A stretch of DNA of 50,000 nucleotides from a virus (taxonomy: Duplodnaviria; Caudoviricetes). This document shows positions 20,608-28,770 of this stretch, one piece after another. The notes beneath the pieces are model-generated. The model searched no databases and was not told the DNA's origin. It worked only from the letters and a program-made list of their open reading frames with translations. Where the stretch lies: positions 1 through 50,000 of IMG/VR virus record IMGVR_UViG_3300027785_000036. One strand, 5' to 3'. A program made the position numbers and the translations under genes. Numbering within the stretch: the stretch's first letter is position 1; each line of letters starts with the position of its first letter.

Positions 20608-21977
20608 TAGACAATAAATTAACATATCAACAAGCCAAGAGATTACGAGAACAATCTCTTTCTTCCGTTTTTGCTGACCAACTCATTATGGGTGAAGGTT
20701 ATGGTTCAGGTATTGCCAAAACCATTTCATTAAAATTGCGGTCCAAGATAACAGGCATCAAACAAAAATTTGATCCACTTAATATTGCCAAGTTTTTAAC
20801 TGGTGGTTCTCGTTTAGGTCCTGCCATTCTTGGTAAGATGTTAGGTCGTTCCAGAAGAGATATTGAATTCTTTACAGGTCGTGCGAGACCAGTAACAAGT
20901 AGAACTAAACAAATCGGTGCATTACCTAGCGGCGAAGATACTACAGGAATGTCAGCAATACTAAATGATGTATTAACATTCCTACAGAAGAGCCATGAAG
21001 ATGATATGATACTGAGGGAGAAAGAAAACAATCTCAGAGAAGGTCAGATGCATGAGGAAGAGAAACGACACAAAGAACTATTAAAAGCTTTGAGTGTTAA
21101 AGGTGGTAAAAAAGGTACCGCCACAGTTGTAAATGCCAAAGCCGAAGGTGGTGGTATGGCAGGACTGTTGAATTCTATTACTGCAATGCTTGCTGACATT
21201 AAGGCAATGGCACAAAGTGCAATTGATGACCTGAAAAGTTTTAAGAATTTTTTAGGTGGTGCTAAAGGTCTGGCATGGCTCGCTGGATTTTTATTAAATC
21301 CTGTTGCATGGATTGCAGCTGCAATAGCAGCCTTGGTTGGTATCAATGCTTCTATAAAAGCAGATATTGAAAAAGACCCTTATGATCCAAAATATAAAAA
21401 CCATCCATATGCCAAATTTTTACGTGGTGAAACAACAAACGTAAATGAAAAGAATGCTACTGCACAAAGAGCATCAAAAAAGGTTGGTACAGCACTATGG
21501 GGTGAAATACAACAGGCTGTAGATTCTTCGTTATCAGATGAAGAACTAAAACAAAGTTATGAAGCGGATAGACCGCAGCTGCTTGCTTGGTTAAAAGATA
21601 ATCCACCTAGCACAATGTTTAAAATTGGTGAATCAGTTGTCAACAATAATGCTGGTGATACAAATGTTGATGTTGATAATAGTGTGAACAACGCAGAAAC
21701 TTTAAAACTTCAACGCCAAAATGATATGGCGCCACCTCCGCCTGTTATACCACCGCCAGCCTCAGCACAGGTAACAACCAGAACAAACGAGAACCGTCAA
21801 GTGGAAATGGATGAACGGTTGAATCGTCTTACAAAGAGTACCGAACAAACCAGAACGGCATCAGGCAAACTTCTTAAGCCTGATGGTAAACCAAGATTCA
21901 AACCACCTATTATTGCTGTTCGTAATGTAGAACCAACATTCCGAAATGTTATATACAATTCAACAAGAATCGTTTAA
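20604..21977 (+). CDS. putative tape-measure/hub protein (gp29-like position)
   Basis: Helical, with a hydrophobic segment GLAWLAGFLLNPVAWIAAAIAALVG; shares a motif with the preceding gene. Confidence 0.5.
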   Translation: MIDNKLTYQQAKRLREQSLSSVFADQLIMGEGYGSGIAKTISLKLRSKITGIKQKFDPLNIAKFLTGGSRLGPAILGKMLGRSRRDIEFFTGRARPVTSRTKQIGALPSGEDTTGMSAILNDVLTFLQKSHEDDMILREKENNLREGQMHEEEKRHKELLKALSVKGGKKGTATVVNAKAEGGGMAGLLNSITAMLADIKAMAQSAIDDLKSFKNFLGGAKGLAWLAGFLLNPVAWIAAAIAALVGINASIKADIEKDPYDPKYKNHPYAKFLRGETTNVNEKNATAQRASKKVGTALWGEIQQAVDSSLSDEELKQSYEADRPQLLAWLKDNPPSTMFKIGESVVNNNAGDTNVDVDNSVNNAETLKLQRQNDMAPPPPVIPPPASAQVTTRTNENRQVEMDERLNRLTKSTEQTRTASGKLLKPDGKPRFKPPIIAVRNVEPTFRNVIYNSTRIV

Positions 21978-21982
21978 CCAAT

Positions 21983-22005
21983 AAAAACCCCGCCGAAGCG
22001 GGGTT
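21983..22005 (-). terminator. intrinsic terminator with cUUCGg loop after gp32, at the convergence point
   Basis: Minus strand AACCCCGC-TTCG-GCGGGG-TTTTT. Confidence 0.85.
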
Positions 22006-22023
22006 GCACTTGCATGGGAATCT

Positions 22024-22887
22024 TTATTCTTCAGCTAACTTAGAGAAGTAAGCCAAGTCCTCATCTTCCGAGATATCTGCTGTAACAAGCTTCTTAGGTG
22101 CAGCTTTCAGAGTCTCCACAGTAGTCTTAGGTACATCAGATACACCCAATACTCTATCCAAACGTGCCTTCAAGTCACTATATGATTTGAATTCTTTGTC
22201 AGCAGTCAACGCAGCAAGTGAGTGTTCTGCTTTCCAAATCTTTTCCAATTCCTCATCATCATCTAACAATGCAGATGCTGACATGAATTCTGATTTATCA
22301 TAGTTCTGATAACCAGCGACTTTAGTAATCTTCAATTTGAAGTTAGCACCTTTCCACATATCAAATGGATTGATTGGTGTTTCATCTTCAAACGCAGGAT
22401 TCATTGCCTCTGTAATCTTTTCGAAAATCTTGGCACCAAACTTGAACAATTTAACTTGTCCTTCATTTTCTGGATGCTTAGGATCACTTACGATATACAC
22501 GTTAGCAATATAGTTTAGTTTACGCTTTTGTTTGCGTACAATGTCCTTATTGGCTTCGATACCTGAATTCCATAATGTTGAATTGTGTTCACATACTGGA
22601 CATTGTTGACCTTTAGTAGTCAAACAATTATCGATTAACCAACCACCTGGACCCTGAAATCCATGACCAAAGATTTTAGCCCAAGGCAGACCATCATCAC
22701 CATCAACTGCAGCTGCAGGTAGGAAACGAATTACTGCAAGGCCATTACCTGCTTTGTCCACTTCTGGACGCCAGTAGTTGTCTTTGTCGGATTTGCCACC
22801 TTCTGATGAGCTTGAGAGTTGCTCGATGGCTTTAGTGAGTTTGTCCAGATTGCCTGAACTCTTTTTCAATTTTGAGAAGTCTGTCAT
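22024..22887 (-). CDS. gp32: single-stranded DNA-binding protein gp32
   Basis: DKAGNGLAVIRFLPA, HGFQGPGGWLIDNCLTT..CPVCE, GANFKLKI, acidic tail DLAYFSKLAEE. Confidence 0.96.
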   Translation of the reverse strand: MTDFSKLKKSSGNLDKLTKAIEQLSSSSEGGKSDKDNYWRPEVDKAGNGLAVIRFLPAAAVDGDDGLPWAKIFGHGFQGPGGWLIDNCLTTKGQQCPVCEHNSTLWNSGIEANKDIVRKQKRKLNYIANVYIVSDPKHPENEGQVKLFKFGAKIFEKITEAMNPAFEDETPINPFDMWKGANFKLKITKVAGYQNYDKSEFMSASALLDDDEELEKIWKAEHSLAALTADKEFKSYSDLKARLDRVLGVSDVPKTTVETLKAAPKKLVTADISEDEDLAYFSKLAEE

Positions 22888-22951
22888 AATTTTACCTTTC
22901 TAGTATAACGGAATATAAACGGATTATCCACATGATTCATAATATAAACTT

Positions 22952-22980
22952 ATTATAACACAAACCTAAGTCCATGTCAA
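22952..22980 (-). promoter_or_regulatory. sigma70 promoter for gp32
   Basis: TTGACA-N17-TATAAT. Confidence 0.85.
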
Positions 22981-22994
22981 CCTTTATTTATCCA

Positions 22995-24149
22995 TCAAAT
23001 CATCTTATCCAACTTATTATAGAGATTTAAGCCACTTAAATTTATCTTGTAACTTAGTGGTATTAATGCCGCATAGTTTAAATCTTCTGGTTTAAAAGAT
23101 TCACCAGGATTTTCTCCTTTCGACATTTCATATATGAATCTAAATTTTTCATTTTTCATCATTCGTTTGCAACTATTTTCTCCACGGAGTTTTGCAAAGT
23201 CCCAAAACGGTGTATCAAATTTAGAACCAGAATAATAGTGTAACATTATCATAGCTTCAACTTCTTCCAAAAGTTCCAAATATGTTGCGTTGTAATTCTC
23301 AATAGAATTTTCACCTGCCCATATATCATGGGCACCACGATTAATAAAATCCATGACCATGATTGATGTTGCTTCCATCGGTTCTAAGAAGAAAGAAGAA
23401 TTGCCATTATATACAACTCTTTCTGTAAAGTTTTCTTTTCTGAAATAATTTTTGAAGTTGAATGTATTTGTAACATCACTAGGTATTAAATGTAATTCAG
23501 AAAATACGTTCTTAACATCTTCTTTGACTTCTTCTAATGTATTGATATTGTGGTTATACATGTAACCAATAGAACAACGATTTTTTAATGGTATACCAAA
23601 AATCCATCCATATGGTCTAGCCAATGCTAATGTATTATTGAAAGTTGGATAATCCCAATAACATTGTGTTACATGAACAGCATTGACTGAAATGTAATCA
23701 GACATATGGAATTCTTCATAATTGTCTGGTTTACCAGAACAATCCATAATATAATCTGAATCAATGTCTTGGTGTTTTACATTCTTATCAATAATTTTGA
23801 TATCATTTTTTAGTTTATCTAAAATGAATTTCTGTAATTTACCTGCATTAAAATGATAACCAACAACAGGAGGATAAAATGGATGTATAAAATCTGAACC
23901 GCCCCAATTCCTCTTGTCTATGCCATGTTTAATCGTACCATCTACCTTTACTAGGTCATCAAAAGTAAAATGTAAATTGTGCCATAACACATTAGGCAAC
24001 GATGGTGTTGAACCTTCACCCACTGGTTGTGGACTAATATTCGAATCATAATATAATTCAATATCACAATCTTTTCTCCACCTATTAAAATGTGCAGCTG
24101 CAAGAACACCAGCTGTGCCTGCGCCAATGATTGATATTTTCTTACGCAT
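22995..24149 (-). CDS. flavin-dependent (tryptophan-halogenase-like) enzyme
   Basis: GAGTAG FAD motif, VGEGS, TIKHGI (candidate catalytic Lys), IMDCSG, GWIFGIP, FFLEPMEATSI. Confidence 0.85.
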   Translation of the reverse strand: MRKKISIIGAGTAGVLAAAHFNRWRKDCDIELYYDSNISPQPVGEGSTPSLPNVLWHNLHFTFDDLVKVDGTIKHGIDKRNWGGSDFIHPFYPPVVGYHFNAGKLQKFILDKLKNDIKIIDKNVKHQDIDSDYIMDCSGKPDNYEEFHMSDYISVNAVHVTQCYWDYPTFNNTLALARPYGWIFGIPLKNRCSIGYMYNHNINTLEEVKEDVKNVFSELHLIPSDVTNTFNFKNYFRKENFTERVVYNGNSSFFLEPMEATSIMVMDFINRGAHDIWAGENSIENYNATYLELLEEVEAMIMLHYYSGSKFDTPFWDFAKLRGENSCKRMMKNEKFRFIYEMSKGENPGESFKPEDLNYAALIPLSYKINLSGLNLYNKLDKMI

Positions 24150-24762
24150 ATTCTTTTAGTGTTTCTTTTAAAATAGATTTGAATTTATCTTTATCATAAT
24201 TAATAAATGGTGCATACTTTACAAACTTATTTCTCATTGAAGGCCATACGATTGTGTCAGAAATCTTTTTGTCCCACATAGGAAAGAAATTCATAATATC
24301 ATTTAAGATAACCAAAGTTTCTACAGCAATGGTGTTATGCATTACCTCTTTTAACAAAACTGGATATTGTCCATCTTTAACCACCAACATTTCATTTGGT
24401 GATTGTGTTTCATTAAGTAGACCTATTATATCCTGTTCAAAACGATATGTCAAGCTCTGAGTTCTTTTTTGCCACTTTTTATATGTTTCTTCACCTTCTA
24501 GGTTATTGATGTCACCAATCCAGTTGACATCTTTTTCTAGGAGGTTTGACACATAGAAGTTTTTTAAGTCTTCCAATCGGTACTTACGAGATAACTTATA
24601 GAAAGAGAATTTATCTTTTCTTGTGGAAAAATTATCGGTAGTAACATGGGACTTTCCGTGGTAACGAAAATAATCGTAAGAATCAGTGGTAAAATGAAGT
24701 TTAATCGCATTGAACATAGCAAAGGCCGAGAAGCCTGAACCTTCCTCAAAATTAAATAACAT
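24142..24762 (-). CDS. gp59: helicase loader gp59
   Basis: AIKLHFTTDSYDYFRYHGK, RKDKFSFYKLSRKY, ETLVIL; lies between gp33 and gp32. Confidence 0.9.
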   Translation of the reverse strand: MLFNFEEGSGFSAFAMFNAIKLHFTTDSYDYFRYHGKSHVTTDNFSTRKDKFSFYKLSRKYRLEDLKNFYVSNLLEKDVNWIGDINNLEGEETYKKWQKRTQSLTYRFEQDIIGLLNETQSPNEMLVVKDGQYPVLLKEVMHNTIAVETLVILNDIMNFFPMWDKKISDTIVWPSMRNKFVKYAPFINYDKDKFKSILKETLKEYA

Positions 24763-24765
24763 ACA

Positions 24766-24987
24766 TCAAATGGGTAGTCTAGCACTCTTTTTCAATAGAT
24801 TGAGTTCTTGTGCTTCTTCCCGCAGTTTAGATTTTAAGGCAGCCGAAACCAATGTGGAGGCCACATCAATTTCCATGCCCGTTTTTTCACAATATCCAAC
24901 GATAGCATCCATAATTGTAAGATTTAATTCTTCAGCCATTTCTGCTACCTTTATACTAAATTCACTTATTTCATTTTTTGTCGGCAT
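24766..24987 (-). CDS. gp33: late transcription coactivator gp33
   Basis: FS..VAEMA..MDAIVGYCEKTGMEID..LKSKLREEAQELNLLK..LPI; start reassigned to MPTKNE. Confidence 0.88.
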   Translation of the reverse strand: MPTKNEISEFSIKVAEMAEELNLTIMDAIVGYCEKTGMEIDVASTLVSAALKSKLREEAQELNLLKKSARLPI

Positions 24988-24988
24988 T

Positions 24989-25468
24989 TTAACTTCTTGT
25001 ATAGAATAGATGGTTTCCAATTTTAGCAACATACTTCAGTTTCCATGCCGGATTTACCGATGTATTATGATAGTACATTGAATTTGTTTTATGTATTATA
25101 TCATGTAATACACCTTCTGTCAAGGCCTTTCTGGCAACAATCATACACTCTTCCCATGCATATTTGTTTCTGACAGGACCAACTTTTTCACCAACCCAAC
25201 TGAATTGGTATGTTTGATTTACTTTCTGGTAAACAACTTCACAAACTGATTTTGGGAATTGTTTTGAATTAGCACGGTTCATAGTTACCTGTGCTACTGC
25301 TAATTTACCTTCAAAGGACTCACTTGCGGCTTCGTAATATAGATTCTTAGCCATGCATAGAATTTGTTGACCTAGTTCACCCGATACTTCTTGTACCTCT
25401 GTTACTGGTTGTTGATGACCAACTACCGGTATTAAAGCAAATAATGTAATGAGAATGAATTTCTTCAT
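24989..25468 (-). CDS. cell wall hydrolase (SleB/Hydrolase_2) with signal peptide
   Basis: CMAKNLYYEA..GKLAVAQVTMNR..SVCEVVYQ..QFSW..IGNHLFY. Confidence 0.9.
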   Translation of the reverse strand: MKKFILITLFALIPVVGHQQPVTEVQEVSGELGQQILCMAKNLYYEAASESFEGKLAVAQVTMNRANSKQFPKSVCEVVYQKVNQTYQFSWVGEKVGPVRNKYAWEECMIVARKALTEGVLHDIIHKTNSMYYHNTSVNPAWKLKYVAKIGNHLFYTRS

Positions 25469-25489
25469 TAATTCTCCTTGTGTGTGTTA

Positions 25490-25503
25490 GGGGCCGAAGC
25501 CCC
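25490..25503 (-). other. cUUCGg hairpin without U-tail (possible mRNA stabiliser or processing site)
   Basis: GGGGC-TTCG-GCCCC. Confidence 0.6.
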
Positions 25504-25508
25504 AACCC

Positions 25509-25787
25509 TCAGGTAGTTTTTCTACTGACCTTTACTTCAGGCGCAGTAACAATATTAGACACAAAACCATTCAAGGTTTGTGCCTTGTTGATAATGTCTG
25601 TTTCTGAGGGGATTGTTGGCAATCCTGGATGTTCAGGTGGTGTTTCACCTTTATTCCTTGCCGTTTCACATTGCATATGCCAAGTCTCTTGTATTCGATT
25701 GGTTTCTGCGTGATATACATCATATAACATATCTCTGGCCATTTTTAATAGTTCAAGACGGATTTCAAAGGGTGTCATGTTTGACAT
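25509..25787 (-). CDS. conserved hypothetical phage protein
   Basis: TPFEIRLELLKMARDML..IINKAQTLNGFVS; AAGGAG SD. Confidence 0.75.
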   Translation of the reverse strand: MSNMTPFEIRLELLKMARDMLYDVYHAETNRIQETWHMQCETARNKGETPPEHPGLPTIPSETDIINKAQTLNGFVSNIVTAPEVKVSRKTT

Positions 25788-25867
25788 AGTTTTCTCCTTG
25801 TGTTGTGTAAAGTGTGTTGGTGGTTTATTTGAATGGGTTCCACCGAACCCATATTTTATTTAGGCTA

Positions 25868-26404
25868 TTAGAAACCTACTGTGTATGCTACAGCAACAAC
25901 TTTCTGATTGCTGTCGCCTTGAACACGGTCATACTTCACTGCAATAGCATCGTTCTTATTCAAAGCATAAGACACAGCATAACGCATCGTATGTGTTTGG
26001 TCGTTGTTTGCAGTGTCAACTGCTGAACGCCAGCGATACCCAACCTTAGCAGTCAAACCAGCACCGATTGGTGTAGTAAAACCTGGTTCTACTGAGTAGT
26101 AGTTAAAGTCGGCTGTATTGCTATATTTTTGACCAATAGCAGTACGAGCATACAATCCAACTGGACCTGATACTGTTGCGCCTGCTTCTAAGCGTGTGCT
26201 CAAAGCATTTGTGCCTTCAGTTTGTGCATTTGCAAAAGATACATCACCGGCAAATTTGCCGAAATCTTTCTTAACACCCAAAACATATTGTTGCTGTGCA
26301 GCTGCACCAGCGTTGTTGATACGTTGACCTTCAACAGTAACAGTATCACCAGCATATGCCGATACACTTAATGCAATCAAAGTTGCAATTGCTAATTTCT
26401 TCAT
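25868..26404 (-). CDS. outer-membrane beta-barrel protein (porin-like)
   Basis: Sec signal MKKLAIATLIALSVSAYA, alternating amphipathic strands, C-terminal AYTVGF BAM signature. Confidence 0.8.
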   Translation of the reverse strand: MKKLAIATLIALSVSAYAGDTVTVEGQRINNAGAAAQQQYVLGVKKDFGKFAGDVSFANAQTEGTNALSTRLEAGATVSGPVGLYARTAIGQKYSNTADFNYYSVEPGFTTPIGAGLTAKVGYRWRSAVDTANNDQTHTMRYAVSYALNKNDAIAVKYDRVQGDSNQKVVAVAYTVGF

Positions 26405-26425
26405 TAAAACTCCTTTTTAAATTTA

Positions 26426-26720
26426 AAAACGGTTGATTATTCTGTTACGAGGAAATCAACCAAAACCCTAGTCAGCGTTTAGGCTGCCAATGCGAACTGT
26501 GAGTCGTTTGCGTTTACTTTGATTTAGTTTTTACACCTACTCTGGTGAGTTGTCCACTTCTATACTTGTTACCCTGTCGAAACTATGCAGCCCCATCAGA
26601 AACACACCCCATTAGAGCCCGTAAAACGGTTTCTTTTATCTAAGACATGTGCTTCTGGTGGAGCTGGGGGGATTCGCACCCCCGTCCAGAATACTTTTCT
26701 AGTTGCTTCATACAACAATT
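26426..26720 (-). ncRNA. ssrA: circularly permuted (two-piece) tmRNA, tag (A)ANDSQFALAA
   Basis: T-arm and 3' acceptor strand CAGCUCCACCA (ends 26656) precede 5' GGGGCUG (26594); G3:U pair; tag ORF 26511-26479; outer ends approximate. Confidence 0.92.
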
Positions 26721-26806
26721 CAGTCACCCATCTTATTATAGTACCATATTAACCATACAATGATTAAAAAACAAGCTATTAATATGATGTAGTTGAAGTA
26801 GTCCAT
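26720..26806 (-). CDS. putative 28-aa single-pass membrane peptide
   Basis: MDYFNYIILIACFLIIVWLIWYYNKMGD; no SD, and the ATG overlaps a -10 box. Confidence 0.35.
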   Translation of the reverse strand: MDYFNYIILIACFLIIVWLIWYYNKMGD

Positions 26807-26833
26807 TATACTATATTTAGGTTTGTTTGTCAA
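26805..26833 (-). promoter_or_regulatory. consensus sigma70 promoter with embedded late-type CTAAATA, upstream of the tmRNA
   Basis: TTGACA-aacaaacCTAAATAtag(17)-TATAAT. Confidence 0.85.
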
Positions 26834-26836
26834 GCC

Positions 26837-27565
26837 CTATTTTTTACCAAATCCAAAAGGACATTTTTTTGGTTTCCTGAACGATAAAGTTTTCATAAAT
26901 GATTCCGCCATAACATATAATGTTTTTAATGGTAAATTTGGTATGATATTTTTAACACCAAAACAAGAACCCATAACATTTGTTAATTCTTCATTCATTG
27001 AAACTCTTTTCAATTCAACTTTAGAATCATCATTTGTTTTAAATTTTACATAAAAAAGAACATCACCTCTTTTTATTCTTATTTTTTTATTATCATCTTT
27101 TACTTCAAAACTAAAATCAATAGGTCTAATCCATTTGGATATATTATATGTTCCTGGAACCAACATAGTATTTGACACACTATCATTTATTTCCATAAAA
27201 GGATGAATTGATTCTAACATAATATCATCATTTGAATAAAACAAATAAACAGGTGGAATAGACATTGCAAAAGGACTCAAAGGACCAATATCATTAACTC
27301 TATTGACTATAAATTTAGTTCCAATTTTTTCAGGAAGGCCTTCTACATCAATTGAATTGTTTTTTCTATTTACAGAAATTGCAAAATCGAATGGTGATTT
27401 TATCACAAATGTATTTTTAACATAATCCTGAAATGCAGGACATTTTAGATGTAAACTACCTTTTCTGGTTTCTTGTATGTGTTTAAATAAACTTTCGGGT
27501 TCAAAAAATATAATTTGCAACTCATCAAAACCGTAATCTGGAATTGTCCAAAAAACTTTACTCAT
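26837..27565 (-). CDS. conserved hypothetical protein (CPAF..IKSPFD family, possibly dUTPase-like fold)
   Basis: 242-aa ORF; KCPAFQDY, PGTYNISKWIRP, IKRGDVL. Confidence 0.55.
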   Translation of the reverse strand: MSKVFWTIPDYGFDELQIIFFEPESLFKHIQETRKGSLHLKCPAFQDYVKNTFVIKSPFDFAISVNRKNNSIDVEGLPEKIGTKFIVNRVNDIGPLSPFAMSIPPVYLFYSNDDIMLESIHPFMEINDSVSNTMLVPGTYNISKWIRPIDFSFEVKDDNKKIRIKRGDVLFYVKFKTNDDSKVELKRVSMNEELTNVMGSCFGVKNIIPNLPLKTLYVMAESFMKTLSFRKPKKCPFGFGKK

Positions 27566-27586
27566 AATAAAATATACTTTCTTAAT

Positions 27587-27862
27587 CTATGGGTCTATTG
27601 GATGACCATTAGAATCTATTGGTCCTAATGGTGCATCACCAAACATAACACCATCCATGGATTTTAAATATTCTTCCGTAATAACATCTGATGGAAAAAC
27701 TTCTTTAAGTTTTTGTTCAGTTATTTGTACCATATGTCTTTCACCAGTTTCGTTATATAAATCGATATCTGATATTTCTTTTGGGTGATAAAATGTGTGT
27801 GGTACACGATTTGAATCCAAATATGTTATTTCCCATTGATTGTTTTTTAATATATATTTCAT
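27587..27862 (-). CDS. hypothetical protein
   Basis: Likely start MKYILK, downstream of the adhesin-like gene. Confidence 0.55.
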   Translation of the reverse strand: MKYILKNNQWEITYLDSNRVPHTFYHPKEISDIDLYNETGERHMVQITEQKLKEVFPSDVITEEYLKSMDGVMFGDAPLGPIDSNGHPIDP

Positions 27863-27873
27863 TATTAATTTTC

Positions 27874-28770
27874 TTATACGTACCACCAGAGAAATACAGC
27901 ACCTTGAGTACCAGCAGTAGAAGCTATCCGAGCATTACTACCACCCCTATCGGCCTGTTTAGCGCCACCACCGGTACCGCCAGCACCATATATTGTACCT
28001 GAAGTGCTGGAGGCGTCTCCACTCTCAGTACCATAACTACCATAACCAATGATGCTGCCTATAGTTGTTGGTCCTACACTGATTGTGTAACCTCTTGCAC
28101 CCACTCCACCAGCACCACCCCAGTCACCAAATACATTGTTTCGGCCTAGTCCGCCAGATGTTGAACCAAGAGCATTGCTACCTACAGATACACCTCCGGC
28201 ACTACCAGGATTGCTACCTGGAGTTAATTCACCGCCGCCACCAGGTCCCGCTTGGCACACAACAGCACCATTTACAGAAACAGTAGTTGTGCCGCCACCT
28301 CCGCCATTTGTACCAGCACCGCCATATGCTCCATCTCTAGTATTGCCGCCACCACCGCCGCCGCCAATACTGTAATTAATAGTTTGTCCAGGTGTGACCG
28401 CTACATCTAAAGCATATGCAGCTGCACCTGATCCTCCGCCTGTTCCACCAATATAATAACCTGTCCATCTTGTACGTTGTGAACCACCACCGCCACCACC
28501 TCCGCCACCAATAGCAAGAATACTTATTTTTGGTCCTGATGTTTTAGGTAATGTAAATGATGAACCACTTGTTAAAATAGCACTAGTTGATGGTATTACG
28601 TATGATTTATTGTAACCATCACTCAAAGCAATTGTGGATAAATCTGTAGTTTTTTGAAAAATTGTCCGAACAATTGTATCATTGAGTGTGCGTAATGCAG
28701 TGCTAGCAGCAGGATTTATTTCTGTATTAACGTCTGCAAAACCAATTGCACCCGATGCCGGTAAAGTCAT
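27874..28770 (-). CDS. glycine-rich tail fibre/adhesin-like protein
   Basis: N-terminal LPASGAIGFADVNTE and poly-Gly GGGGGGG motifs with variable loops (gp38-like architecture). Confidence 0.65.
   Translation of the reverse strand: MTLPASGAIGFADVNTEINPAASTALRTLNDTIVRTIFQKTTDLSTIALSDGYNKSYVIPSTSAILTSGSSFTLPKTSGPKISILAIGGGGGGGGGSQRTRWTGYYIGGTGGGSGAAAYALDVAVTPGQTINYSIGGGGGGGNTRDGAYGGAGTNGGGGGTTTVSVNGAVVCQAGPGGGGELTPGSNPGSAGGVSVGSNALGSTSGGLGRNNVFGDWGGAGGVGARGYTISVGPTTIGSIIGYGSYGTESGDASSTSGTIYGAGGTGGGAKQADRGGSNARIASTAGTQGAVFLWWYV

Noticed and set aside
1366-21346. Many short antisense or alternate-frame ORFs in the track (e.g. 4607, 6677, 11619, 19446, 20699)
   Set aside because: Shadows of long conserved structural genes, with no SD or motifs.
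26656-26690. tRNA-Ala gene or attP-like tRNA fragment
   Set aside because: No D-arm or anticodon arm upstream; the matching 5' acceptor strand and a tag ORF lie downstream, so it is a permuted tmRNA.
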